The position numbers were made by a program, and so were the translations under genes. Below the pieces are notes generated by a model. That model saw nothing but the letters and a program-made list of their open reading frames with translations. It searched no databases and was not told the origin of the DNA. From Batkoa obscura (Eukaryota), in the NCBI GenBank assembly GCA_030770535.1, contig JASVEC010000028.1, positions 558,001-622,000 of the forward strand: a stretch of DNA of 64,000 nt. The letters run 5' to 3'. How positions within the stretch are numbered: the stretch's first letter is position 1; each line of letters opens with the position of its first letter. Positions 52,296 to 64,000 of the stretch are shown in pieces.

Positions 52296-54830
52296 ATGGC
52301 AGGAACCGAAGCAGTAGTTGGAGCACAACAAGGGGTAGCTCAAGGAGCACCACAAACCGAAGAAAATTTCTTTCAAAGATGGGGTGGTACTATTTTTAGA
52401 ATGGTAATTATGTATTGGTTGGTACAATCTTTTCAAGGTAAATTTATTAGACTAAGCTTTAATTACATGATAGTTGGATGAAAAATAGTATTTAATTGTG
52501 AAATAAATTAAGTTACTAAATTAATATTAGGAAATAAAAACAAACAAGAAACCGCTAATGAGGTTGTAAAAGAAACTGATGGGGAAACTACTCAACAAGT
52601 AAAAACTACACCTGTTACACCAGCTAACGGTATTGTTAACCCAGCTTGGAAGTTTGGACAATCTATAGTATGTTTTTTTTAGCATTCTTTACAATTATGT
52701 TTAATTTGTTCTAAATAAATAGTATTTTAAAATAGTAATAAATGAAGAAGAAACTATTCAATCTACAAAAGATGAAAATAGTTTATATACTTTTCAAACA
52801 GACCCATTCGTGTTTACTCCTGAGGAATTCAAATTCAATTATAACCATCAAATTGAATTATCAAATGTAAAATTTTTAATTTTAATTGTTGAAATCCAAT
52901 TTTAATATATAAATAGAATACCCAACATAACGGAACTATTTATGCTCATTTGTATTTGGCTAAAGAAGGTTTCTCTGTTAATAAAGAGGATAGCAATTAC
53001 TCTCCAGAAGCTGTTTTGTATAGAAAGAAAGGTAATTATTTTTCAAAAAAATATGTATAATAACAGCTATTAAATGAATTTTAGTATTGACACGTTATTT
53101 CCCAATCAAAAAGCAAGCTAAAATGAAAAGATTAATCGGAAATAATAAAGAAGAGGAGGAAAAGGTTGAAGAAGTTATTATTGCTGATGATTCGACAAAG
53201 GAAACTAAAACTAACTTTGTAAGTTTATTACTTTTTTTAAAACTGATAGGTTATTTATTTTATTAAGAAATCTTTATTACTAAAAAACACTGGACCTGTG
53301 TATGCTCATTGGCACAATAATTTCACTATTCAGTTGGTAAATAGTGATAGTCCACTTCAATCTAGAGGTTTACCACCTCCGGTATTAGAGCGTAAGTTAT
53401 ACAGCCATCAAAATTAATGTACAGTTATTAAACAAAATACATTAATAGATATAAGATATATTCATGAAGCAGATAAGGAAATCCAAGATTCCATTTATCC
53501 TATTGTTTATTTTAATGATTTTTGGGTGTTAAGAGAAAATTGCTATCCTGTTAATCAAACTTTAAGGTAAATTGAATAGAATTCGGTATATTATTAATAT
53601 AACTCATGATGTTGATATTATAATTACTAGCATCTTACCAATCAATATTGAAATTAGTAACATAGCATTATGGAAATTTCAAATGATAGCAGCAGCCGAT
53701 GCTCAACTTAGTATGCAAATGCAAATGATGGGTGGAGATCCACATGAAATGGATTTAATTAAAGTAAAAATAAATTCATATTAAATAATTATAATTGTAA
53801 TAATGTTTTTATTAGTCTACATTGATGGATACCAACCCTTGGTTATTAGGATTAACTATGATAGTATCTTTACTTCATTCTTTATTTGATTTCTTAGCAT
53901 TTAAAAATGGTAAATGCTTCTTTAAAGTTTTTAGACTTCGTTTTAATCTGTAATTTTTAGATATTGCCTTTTGGCAAAACAAAAAAGATAATATTGGTGT
54001 TTCTGTTAGAACCTTAACTATGAATATTATCTTCCAGTTAATTATCTTTTTGTATTTATTTGATAATTCGGATTCTACTTCTTGGATGGTATTAATATCT
54101 AATTTCGTTTCTCTTTTAATTGAAGCTTGGAAAATCAAAAAAGCTTTAAATGTTAAAGTAAGTATTTTTATATTTTATTTCCTATATTTTATTTCCTATA
54201 TTTTATTTATTAATTGAATTTTAGTTTATTAAGACAAATACTGGATTTTTACCTTATACTTTAGAATTTCAATCAAAAGAAATTACTGAATTAGAAGAAA
54301 AAACCAATGAATACGATCAGGTAGATTACTTATTATAATAAAATTAACAGTATTTATTAACATGTAATTTATAGATGGCTTACACTTACTTATCTTATAT
54401 CGCATATCCATTGTTAGTAGGTTATGCTATCTACTCCTTATACTATGAAACTCATAAGAGTTGGTATTCTTATTTTGTCAATACGGCTGTAGGGTTTGTA
54501 TATGCTTTTGGATTTATAACAATGACACCCCAATTATTTATCAATTACAAACTTAAATCAGTTGCCCATATGCCTTTCAAAACATTTATGTATAAAGCAT
54601 TAAATACTTTTATTGATGATTTATTTGCTTTTATCATTAAGATGCCAACTTTACATAGATTAGCTTGTTTAAGAGATGATGTGGTATTCTTTGTTTATCT
54701 TTATCAAAGATGGATTTATAAAGAAGATCATACTAGAGCTAATGAATTTGGTCAAGTCGCTTTAGATGAAAACGAAACTAAAGATAAAAAAGAGGAGGCT
54801 AAATTAATTGAATCAAAAAAAGAAAAATAA
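52296..54830 (+). CDS. CLPTM1-family membrane protein (lipid scramblase family), multi-exon
   Basis: HNGTIYAH, DTNPWLLG, FLAFKNDIAFW, MTPQLFINYKLKSVAHMP, YKALNTFIDDLFAFIIKMPTLHRLACLRDD, RANEFGQ. Confidence 0.93.
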
Positions 54831-54934
54831 AGTAGTATTTTTTTAGATAAATATTATTGTTTTTATGTTTTTATGTTTTTTATTGTTTGTAGTCCCCTTT
54901 TTAAAGTCTAATGTTATAAAAATTTAATTTATAT

Positions 54935-55120
54935 TTAACATCTACGACATCCTCCTGCTCCTCCCATACCAACTGCATGCGCTCCCCCAGGTCCGAACCC
55001 TATAGCTGCACCTAAACCTAATCCAATATCTAAGAACTTATCTTCTTTACTTTGATTGGAGTTTGTTGGGATAGTAAGTACCAAAGTTGATAATGTAACT
55101 AGTATAAATAATAATTTCAT
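54935..55120 (-). CDS. Small secreted Gly-rich peptide precursor (61 aa)
   Basis: MKLLFILVTLSTLVLT signal, short pro-region IPTNSNQSKEDK, then FLDIGLGLGAAIGFGPGGAHAVGMGGAGGCRRC; TATAAATA about 75 nt upstream on the minus strand. Confidence 0.7.
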   Translation of the reverse strand: MKLLFILVTLSTLVLTIPTNSNQSKEDKFLDIGLGLGAAIGFGPGGAHAVGMGGAGGCRRC

Positions 55121-56121
55121 GATTGTAATATTATCCTTTTGATAAATAATAAAAGCTGTCAAGTTTATGATATAATGTTACTTTTATTCATGTATTTATA
55201 GTTTTTTTTCTAACTCAGCCGATTTTTAATTTTTTTAAAATTGATCAACATTTTATTTTTCTATATTTGGATGAGTTTGATTTTTTAGTTTAAAATGCTT
55301 ATCTTTCTTATTTATATTTTATATGAAATCGAATACGATATTTATCTAAAATCTCTTTACGCTGTTTCATATTTAATATGGAGTTAGATAGTATCTTATT
55401 TACTGCCCCTATTGTATATTATCTATCGTTCTAAATTATTTTTATCATTTAGAGCTTACGAATGATATGCAAATTATTCTAAAGTTTTAACACTATTTAT
55501 TACATGCTAATAATTTGCTATTATTAATATCTCAATATTTAAATATGAATATAACTTATTTGACTACCTTTAAACGTTCAATAATTTTTTATTTATAAAT
55601 GAAGCTAATCTTTATTTTAAACAATAACTGTAACAATAGAAATTTGATTTTCTACATAAACTTTATAATTTTAAAGCTAACTATTTATTAAGTTTCTTAT
55701 TTAACAAGGTTATCCTTATTAAATGTTAAGTTACTACATAGTTTTTCTTTAATCTTTATTATGATATGAAATAATGTTATAATACTTTAAACATTTTATA
55801 GTTCAAAACCCTAGTTCTGTTGTATAAGAAAAAGCCATCATCTTCTTAACCATAAATATAACTTATAGCGCATACATTAATAAAAAACACTAAGATTATT
55901 TATGTCGCAAAAAGAATTCGGACAAGTATGATATTGCAAAATAAATAAAACTTTTATTAACACTTATCAATAAATACAATCCTTTGGATATCTTTTTTAA
56001 ATTACACGTATAATTTACGTGGAAGTTTCAACTTTAGTGAGATTTGTATAAAAAAAATTAAAAACCAAACAATTTTTATACTTTTTAAAAAAATTTATAG
56101 AGAATTTAGAATCAAAATGAT

Positions 56122-56520
56122 TTAAAGAACATTTAACCATCTTCTTGTAGTACAGTCTTTATGTTCTGGTATATCGGATTCAATATATCTAAGGACATCA
56201 CGTTTTTGGAGGTTATTCGATTCTTCACGTTTAAATCTTAGAGCTGCGGCAACTCTATTGTGACCTATTTTTTGATAATCTTTAGAGCCACTTATTTATT
56301 AGTTGGTTTTTTTAAAGCCTAATCTGGTAATTTTAGGCTAATTTTAGCAGAACTCTATTCTCAAATAAACAGCTAATTAGGTCGTAATAAAGTTATAGGA
56401 AATGTAGAAGCTGACAAAAATTATTCGCAGCAGTTAGAAAGTTATTATAGCTTTTATATCATTGGATAAAAAAGGATTACCTAAAGGCGCAGCTATTACA
56501 GAGAGGGAGGAAAAAGAAAT
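56122..56520. mobile_element. Possible retroelement relics
   Basis: Minus frame DYQKIGHNRVAAAL resembles the Y..RH[N/D].VA motif of RLE non-LTR elements; plus frame GRNKVIGNVEADK resembles the RNase H GN..AD motif; raised GC, broken frames. Confidence 0.3.
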
Positions 56521-56718
56521 CAAACTTTAAAATTAAAATTAAAGCCCAAGAGCAAAAATAACATATTAAATAGTAAGTTAAAAATAATTAAATAATTAAT
56601 AATAACTGCGATAATTTATTAATTTTAAAATAAACTTATTTAAATACTAACAGAATTCGCATCTATTGAAAAAAATTTATATTTATTTCCTACTATTATA
56701 ATAATCAATTTATTAACC

Positions 56719-59577
56719 ATGCGCTTCTATTTAAAAAGACAAAAAACAATTTCAGAATTGACAATGGAAACCACTGAGGACACAGCAACTTCTATTTCAA
56801 ATCCAAGTATTAGAAGCGGTCAACTACCAAATGGAAGTAATGGTAAGCAAGTTGGCGTGCAACTAAACGCCAAAAGTATCACTTTTGTTCCTCACAAGAA
56901 AACCAATGCTGTAAGAGAAACGAACAATAATGGGAATGCTAGGCCTAATTTCAATAGATTTGATGGGAGGCAACGTCAAGGTAATATACTTAAAATGGTT
57001 GTTATCATCTATTTTGTTTTTTATTATGCATAAACTATTGATATTAACAATTTTATTTTTTATTAGTCGACTCAACTGACTCTTCAACCAATGTTAAAAT
57101 TAACAAAAACAAATTTATTCCGAGCAATCCGAATTATGAAGCTCAATTTTTACAAGTGGTAGATAAAATAGCTATAAAATTTCCAATACTTTCTCGTGAA
57201 TATACTACTGTTTCCAATAGTATCAAAGGAATCATTGAACTCAGTATTGCCCCCTCTGACCCAGAGTTTCCTTATGAATTGGAACAGTTAAATCTTAAGA
57301 TTATTGTTGGAGTCGAAAATAGGTTTCAGTTACCTAGTTTAGTTAAAGTGCTTAACGCTGATATTCCAAGAGCTTTTGCGGTCAATATAGAGGGCGCTTT
57401 TATTAAACAATGTAATTTAAAAAAGAATCAGTTGATTGAAAACTTAGTTTGGTTGGATAGAAATCTAACTGAGGTATTGAAGAGACCGGAAGCAAATATC
57501 ATTAAGTTTGTTAGAAGAGCTCCAGTAGAAAATGGGAATGTGAAAATTAATGAGGTTGTGACTGATAATAATGTTAATGAAGTAAGTATTGGTTTTAATA
57601 GAAATATATGGTATATTTATTACATTTATAGAAAAAACAAATGACGATTGTTAAAAATAACGTTGTAGATAGTTCTTTTAATATTCAACGTAATGATCCC
57701 TTTAATCATTATAACATCTCAGTTGAAGTAAATACTTTAATGTTTAGTCTTCTTGAATTTATTAATTATTTTAAAGAAAAAACAAGCAACTGAAACTGTT
57801 AGTTTAACTCCTGAATTAAAGATGAGAAGGGAAAAAGAGATTACTCAAATTGAAAGAAGATTTCGTCGTCATCATAAAGTTATATGGTAAAAATATAGAT
57901 AATTATTGAATAGTTCATAATTAATATCCAAATAATTAGTGATGATAAAGATAAATACGTATTTGAAGTAAAACTCGAGCCATCTGATCCAGATTTTAAA
58001 TTCAAAAAAGAATGCTCATATTATCATTTAACAATAACAGTACCTGCTTTATATCCTACACAAGGTAGCTCAATTTCTTTAAAAATTGTACCTGGTAGAC
58101 AAGCTCTAACTATTAAGGATTATATGTTTAAGTAAGTTTTGTTTGGTGTTAATATGCTTAAAGTTTAATCGTTATCTTTAGGAATGTTGAAAAAGGATTT
58201 AACGATTATGCTTCTAAATCAAATACTACTACTATTTTACATTGTGTTAATTGGTTAGATACTAGATTAGAATCATTAATGACTTTACCACCATTAGAAA
58301 CATCAATTCCTACTCCACCCAAATCACCTGAGATGAATAATAATAGTTCGAAAATTCATTATCATCATGATATATATGATAGTAATAATTCAAAAACTCA
58401 TTACCAGCACGAAATGAATAGCAATAGCCCAAAAGTTCATCAACATCATCAATATCATCAATATCATCAATATCATCAACATCATCAACATACAAAGAAT
58501 GGAGATAAATACGATTTTAAAGAACTAATTGATTCCAAACAATCGTATACGAATTCCTATTTAAAAGAAAAACAAAATGAAAGTTTAGCAATAGGTAGTG
58601 ATAAGGAGCATCAAGATAAAGAAGAAATGAATAACCAATTACCTCCACCAACTTCACACAATGGTATTCAATTGAAATTTTCCAATCGTGAAATCAAAAA
58701 CGTATCATTATTAATAGCAGAATGCGTGGAGTTAGAAGCTGTATGTGAACGTTGTAAAGCAAGGTTAGCATCACCAAAATTATTACCACATCATCAAACG
58801 TTTTTTTCATGTTCCAAATGTAATAATAATTTGGCCCTGAGATTCAGACCTACAATGATTCATCATGATTCCGATAATTTAGGCTATTTAGATAATTTAA
58901 ATTGTTTACCAATTTCTATTACTAAAGTAAGTTTAACTGTTAGTTGTAATAAATGTGAAAATTTAAATATTGGTTTAAATGGGTTTAAATCGATATTATT
59001 GTCTACTACTGTATCAGAAATTTGTAGATCTTGTCATACTCATTTTTCAGTTGAAATGGGACTTTGCAAATTTATTCGTTTAGCTCCCTCTGCTGCTATC
59101 TTTGAATTACCAACTTCTACCTCCAGCTTACCAAAAGCTCAATTATTAGGTGTCTTACCAAAAAAAGAAAAATTAGACATAAAGTTAGGTACTCCATTAC
59201 CTTCCTTTGGTACATGTTCCCATTACCGAAAATCTTATCGTTGGTTACGTTTTCCATGCTGTGGACAAGCGTTTCCATGTAGTACATGTCATGATCAATC
59301 GGTACAAAGTACAGAAAATAATCATGAATCTGTTTATGCTACATCCATGATTTGTGGGTATTGTTCTAAAGAATTTAACTATTTTTCTGGTAATCAAAAT
59401 CAACCACAGTGTAAAGCTTGTGGGCATTTATTGACTCATTCTTCTAGAGGTAAAGCCTTTTGGGAGGGCGGTAAGGGGACAAGAGATAGAAGTAAAATGA
59501 ACAAAAATGAAGGTAGAAAGTATAAAGGATTGAATAAAACGGTGTCTAAAAAGAAACAGGCAGAGGAAAATATTTAA
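56719..59577 (+). CDS. CHY-type zinc-finger protein with repeated RWD-like PSDPxF segments (fungal C18H10.09-like family)
   Basis: APSDPEFPYEL and EPSDPDFKF repeats, several CxxC pairs, GTPLPSFGTCSHYRKSYRWLRFPCCGQAFPCSTCHD...MICGYCSKE...FWEGGKGTRD; start may be 56719 or 56764. Confidence 0.8.
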
Positions 59578-59846
59578 AAGGAAATATGGCATCAGTTCTT
59601 GACAAAGGGGTGCTAGATGGAATTGGATCGATATTGGGTGTCTGCTAGCTGGTTAGGAACTGAAGGTTTTGGTTGGTGAGATGAAAATAAGATAATTGAT
59701 ATTAAAGTTGATAGTTAACTATGAGTTTACTTGGTAGCTTAAAATTGATTATATAAAATAGAGCACTCAAAGTAAAATTTAGTTTAATTTTATTTAATTT
59801 GAATAAAAGAAAATTAAAACTTTATTATAAATATTGTATTTTATTA

Positions 59847-60886
59847 TTACACTCCAAAAAATTCATTACCATTTTGTTTACATAAAGACATTAATTCATA
59901 TATTGTTATATTTAAGGCTTGACTAATTAACACTATAATATCCCTCATAACCTCATCGATATAATTAATATTATGAGTATCGGATTCTAATAATATTCTA
60001 TCCCTTGGGATGGTGTTGATAAGTCTATTAAACTTATTAAAATTCATACGACCATTAACTAATTTTGATATTGAAAAATAAACCTTTGGAAAGTGAAATT
60101 GAGTACTAATCTCCAACCCATGGGGTTCAATTAGTTTTACTAATTGCTCATTAGGTTGATAACGAATATTCAGCTTTTCTTTTTTACTAAAATTGATTAC
60201 TTTTAGTATTCCTTTAGCACTCTCATCACTACCTGAAAAAGAATGTAACATTAAATTCTTTGGAAATGATAAATATTCTTTGGTTGGATCATCAAATGGT
60301 TTTAATAAATCTTTTTTTATATGAGTGAAATAATCTAATATAGAACCTTGACATTGCACAATATGGATGGAGCAAGGTAGGTTAAGCAAAGCGGATAATT
60401 GAAACTGAAGTTTGAATTGGTGGAGTTGAAGTGTGAATGGATATAATTGTTTGGTGATGGGATCAACGGCTATTTTATCGAGACCTTAATATCAGAATAT
60501 AAATAAAAAATAAAAGTAACATAATAACAAAAACATCTCTTACCAATCTCCCCGACTATTGCCCCTTTACACTTTTTTAAATTACTTAAAAGCAAATCTA
60601 TCCACTCTTTGTCTCGTTTAAACTCATTACTAGTTTTCTCTGAAAACCAAGGATGAATACCAAAACAAGGTATCACTCTCTTTGGGAATAAATCGTATAA
60701 TTGGAAGACTTTATCCCAATCACTAGTTAATGTACCCATCACTGCAAGTTTTTTACAGGTTGTAGTGGTTATTTTGAATTCTTCTGGATTATAACTGTCT
60801 TGAATGTGACAATGAGAGTCAATGAGTTCAGTTAAGTCTAGGGACGAGATATCTTGTTGAGATGGTGTTTCGTTAGTTGGATTCAT
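59847..60886 (-). CDS. TatD-family metal-dependent hydrolase (2 exons)
   Basis: LIDSHCHIQ, PCFGIHPWF, IVGEIG, PCSIHIVQCQG, MLHSFSGS, RILLESD. Confidence 0.9.
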
Positions 60887-61948
60887 TTCATTATTAAAAA
60901 ATCAAATTGAGAATTTTTGTTTCGTCATTCAAATTTATGTTGCATTTGGGTATTTATGAAATAAGAATTCGTTAACCCGTTAAGCGATTAGGACGTCAAT
61001 ATGCGTCAGAAAGTAGCTCTTAGTTTATAGCTTAAGGCGTAAATAGTTATCAGCAAAAATTCCTTTATTTTTTGTTGGATATGATAGATTTATCTAGTTC
61101 AATATAAACATTTTTAACTAAAGAGCATAACAATGATATATTTTGTATTGTTATTATGGAGCCTTGAAATATGACAGCATATCAAGCAGAAAAAATAGTT
61201 ACTCATATTTAGTTGTAAGCAAAGCGATAATATTCCATTTTAGTTGACTTTTATTTTCAAAAATATATTTTTTTACACATTTATTAATTTTCATACATAC
61301 TGGTTATGACGTCTATACACATCTTACGAAAAAGTTCAAGTCAGAAACTTGGAACTTTTTGATTTGAAAAAAACAGTTAACAGGTTAAGAAAAATATAAT
61401 ATTTTTTTTACTGATTCTCATATTTTAAAGATCATTCAAATTTCCCTTGTACTTAATTTTAAAATTAATTATTAGTGATACTGTAATAGCTATAGCATTT
61501 GTTGAGGGATTATCTGCTCTTAGTCTGGGTTTTGTTTAAATTGGACCGACCAGAGCTTTTTAATTTGTATTTTTTCATTTAAATGTTTTGATGATAAACA
61601 CTAAAGATTAATGCTAATGTGACGTTTAAATGAGAAAAGTAAGCAATTAGAAACTTCGATTCTCATTCAAACTAAATCTGCAATATAAAATACTTTACTC
61701 TAATATTTAAAAAAAACTTTGTTTTATAAAGTACTTTATAGCTTACTAAAAGTATGAATTTAATTTCTAAATAAACTACTTTTTAGTAACAAAATCTAAA
61801 ATTTATAGGGATAAAGCAAACATTAAAAGTCAAAAAATACCAACACTCTAATTATCAACCACCAATCATAAAAATTCAAAAAGCAACATAAAAAAATTCC
61901 AAAAATCCAAAACTTACTTTAACTTCAACTTCAAAAAAATTCAACACC

Positions 61949-63673
61949 ATGACCAGTGGAAATTATGCCGGAGGTAACCGCAGTCTAACTCAATAACCAA
62001 AAAATTTCACTTTTTAACTTTCGTCTCTAGTTGAAATCCCCTCTATAGTATTAGATCTAGGATCCGATACGACGCGTATCGGACATGCAGGGGAAGATTG
62101 TCCACGTAGTATGTTTCCTACAAATTTAGGTAAAAGAATAGGTGATTTTATCCCAGGAATCGATGGAGGATTTAGTAGTTCAAATAATAAGCATAATTAT
62201 ATTGGTGGTATTGGAAATACAGTTAACCATATACCTGGGGTTGAAATGGTAAATCCATTTTCTGAAGGAGAGAGTAAGTTTTGTTTGTTTGTAAAATTAA
62301 TATATTTTTTAGATGAAAAAGAGAACGGATTTCGAATGATTTACTAATATTAATTTTACATTTCTAGTTGTCGATTATGACGCTTTTGAATCCGTTTGTA
62401 GTTATGCATTCAATCACTCTTTACGTTTAGGCTCCAATGAACAACCATTGTTATTTACCGAATATTCATGGGCTAGTTTAAATCAAAGGGAGAAAGTAAC
62501 CGAATTGATGTTTGAAACTTTTGATATTCCTGCTTTATATTTAGCTAGAAACGCTGTTTTATCTGCGTGAGTTTAATATTTTTTTAATGTTTTAAGATGA
62601 TAGAGATTAACAGAGGTTCTGAATTTTAGCTTTGCTAGTGGTAGAACAACTGCTTTAGTTTTAGATTCAGGAGCTTGTATGACTTCTGCAGTTCCTGTTT
62701 ATGATGGTTATGTGTTAAAGAAAGGTAAGAAATAGTATAGTAAAATTAATTAACTGAATATAATATTTTTTTTCTTTAGGGATATTTAAACAACCATTAG
62801 GAGGCAATGATATCAATGAATATATTATTGAAGATTTAAAAAAATTATATAATTATGAAGTAACGCCATCCTATTTAATTAAAAATAGACAAATACTAGA
62901 AGCGGAAGCCTTACCTCAATTAGAGTTAAAACAGTTCGAGAATACTACAGAATCATTTAATAAGTTTATGAAATTAGTAAGGATAAATTTTGTTATAGTG
63001 ATAATAATTTATTCCTTTTAAATTTAGAATGCAGTTAATGAGTTTAAAGAATCCACTTGTCAAATATTTGAATCCTTTTATAATCAAAAGTAAGTTAATA
63101 AATAACAAAATAGACCGTTTTTAACAACTTTTATAATAACAATTAATTTAGTGCCATCGATACGCGTCCTGGTAAACCTTATGAATTTTCTGATGGTTAT
63201 AATCGAATTTTTGGCTCGGAACGTTTCCGTTATGGGGAAATAATGTTTCAACCCAATTTATTAACTAATCATAAAAAAGACATGAATAGTATCTCGAAAT
63301 TAATAGTTGATAGTATCAACTTAATGGACGTTGATTTAAAACCACATCTTTGTCATAATATTATATTAAGTGGTGGGAATACCTTAATTAATGGATTTAA
63401 TGATAGATTAGGTTATGAATTAAATAGTCAATTGTATGGGGTAAGTGAAGATAATATTATATAATATAATTTAGTAATGTTTTTTTTTTCATTTTTTATA
63501 TTTTATAGCAAAGAATTAAATTAATTCATGGGCCTAATAATTTTGAAAGAAAATATACTAATTGGTTAGGTGGTTCTATTTTATCTTCTTTAGCTACTTT
63601 TAATCAATTGTGGCTATCTAAATCCGAATATCAAGAATCTGGGACTTCTATTATTGAGAAAAAATTTGCTTAA
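61949..63673 (+). CDS. ARP4: Actin-related protein 4 (ACTL6-like), multi-exon
   Basis: [115 protein letters not shown]. Confidence 0.88.
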
Positions 63674-64000
63674 ATAAAGTTTATTATTTTATTATTTTAT
63701 ATATTTGTATTATGTTTAATAATTTATTTTTTGATTTTTGATTTTTTTGTTACATGCTACTTAAAATTATTGAAAGAATCCAACCAATTAAAGTTAGAGA
63801 TGAAATTATTAAAAATTTTATGGGATAAAAAAAGTCAATTAAGGATAAAGATTCAATATCAAAACTCGATCTTTTGATATTTTCAATAAATAATAAAATA
63901 TTAAGTCAATAGAGACGATTGAAAAGAGATAGAAGAAATTAAAAGTAAGAAAAGATGAATCAACAAGAATTACCCAAAAAAGAGTTAGCTTTGTATAAAT

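Noticed and set aside
59580..59700. G-rich patch after the CHY gene stop as a possible SECIS or snoRNA
   Set aside because: No in-frame TGA in the neighbouring genes, and no convincing SECIS core or C/D boxes

Overview
Very AT-rich eukaryotic DNA with short (~45-130 nt) spliceosomal introns. The gene content looks like an early-diverging fungus, plausibly Entomophthoromycotina (Conidiobolus-like); this is an inference. The window has two compartments. Bases 1-25 kb are gene-sparse: a class-A-like 7TM receptor, thioredoxin, tRNA-Gly, three paralogous small secreted proteins, a stop-disrupted Cys-rich secreted pseudogene, decayed L1/Tx1-like LINE fragments, PRE4 and medA. Bases 25-64 kb are a dense housekeeping block: PPN1-like, FAM210, MCD4, two BRAP/ETP1 paralogs, class III ADH, SCJ1, USO1-like, MRPL25, PPX1, DYN2, MRP20, MAK5, CLPTM1, a CHY-zinc-finger protein, TatD, ARP4 and three tRNAs. 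Four observations stand out. (1) A head-to-head BRAP/ETP1 pair 214 bp apart shows complementary domain loss: one copy keeps the RING and has lost the ZnF-UBP pocket, the other the reverse, suggesting a split heterodimeric E3 ligase. (2) There are 14 copies of a ~98-bp MITE with GGG/GAG termini and 4-bp A-N-N-T target-site duplications (Sola-like). (3) The secreted-protein triplet is identical only within coding sequence, a gene-conversion signature. (4) Paired CACGTGGG boxes and a GC-AG intron mark the polyphosphatase gene. All calls were made by eye from the sequence; no database searches were run.
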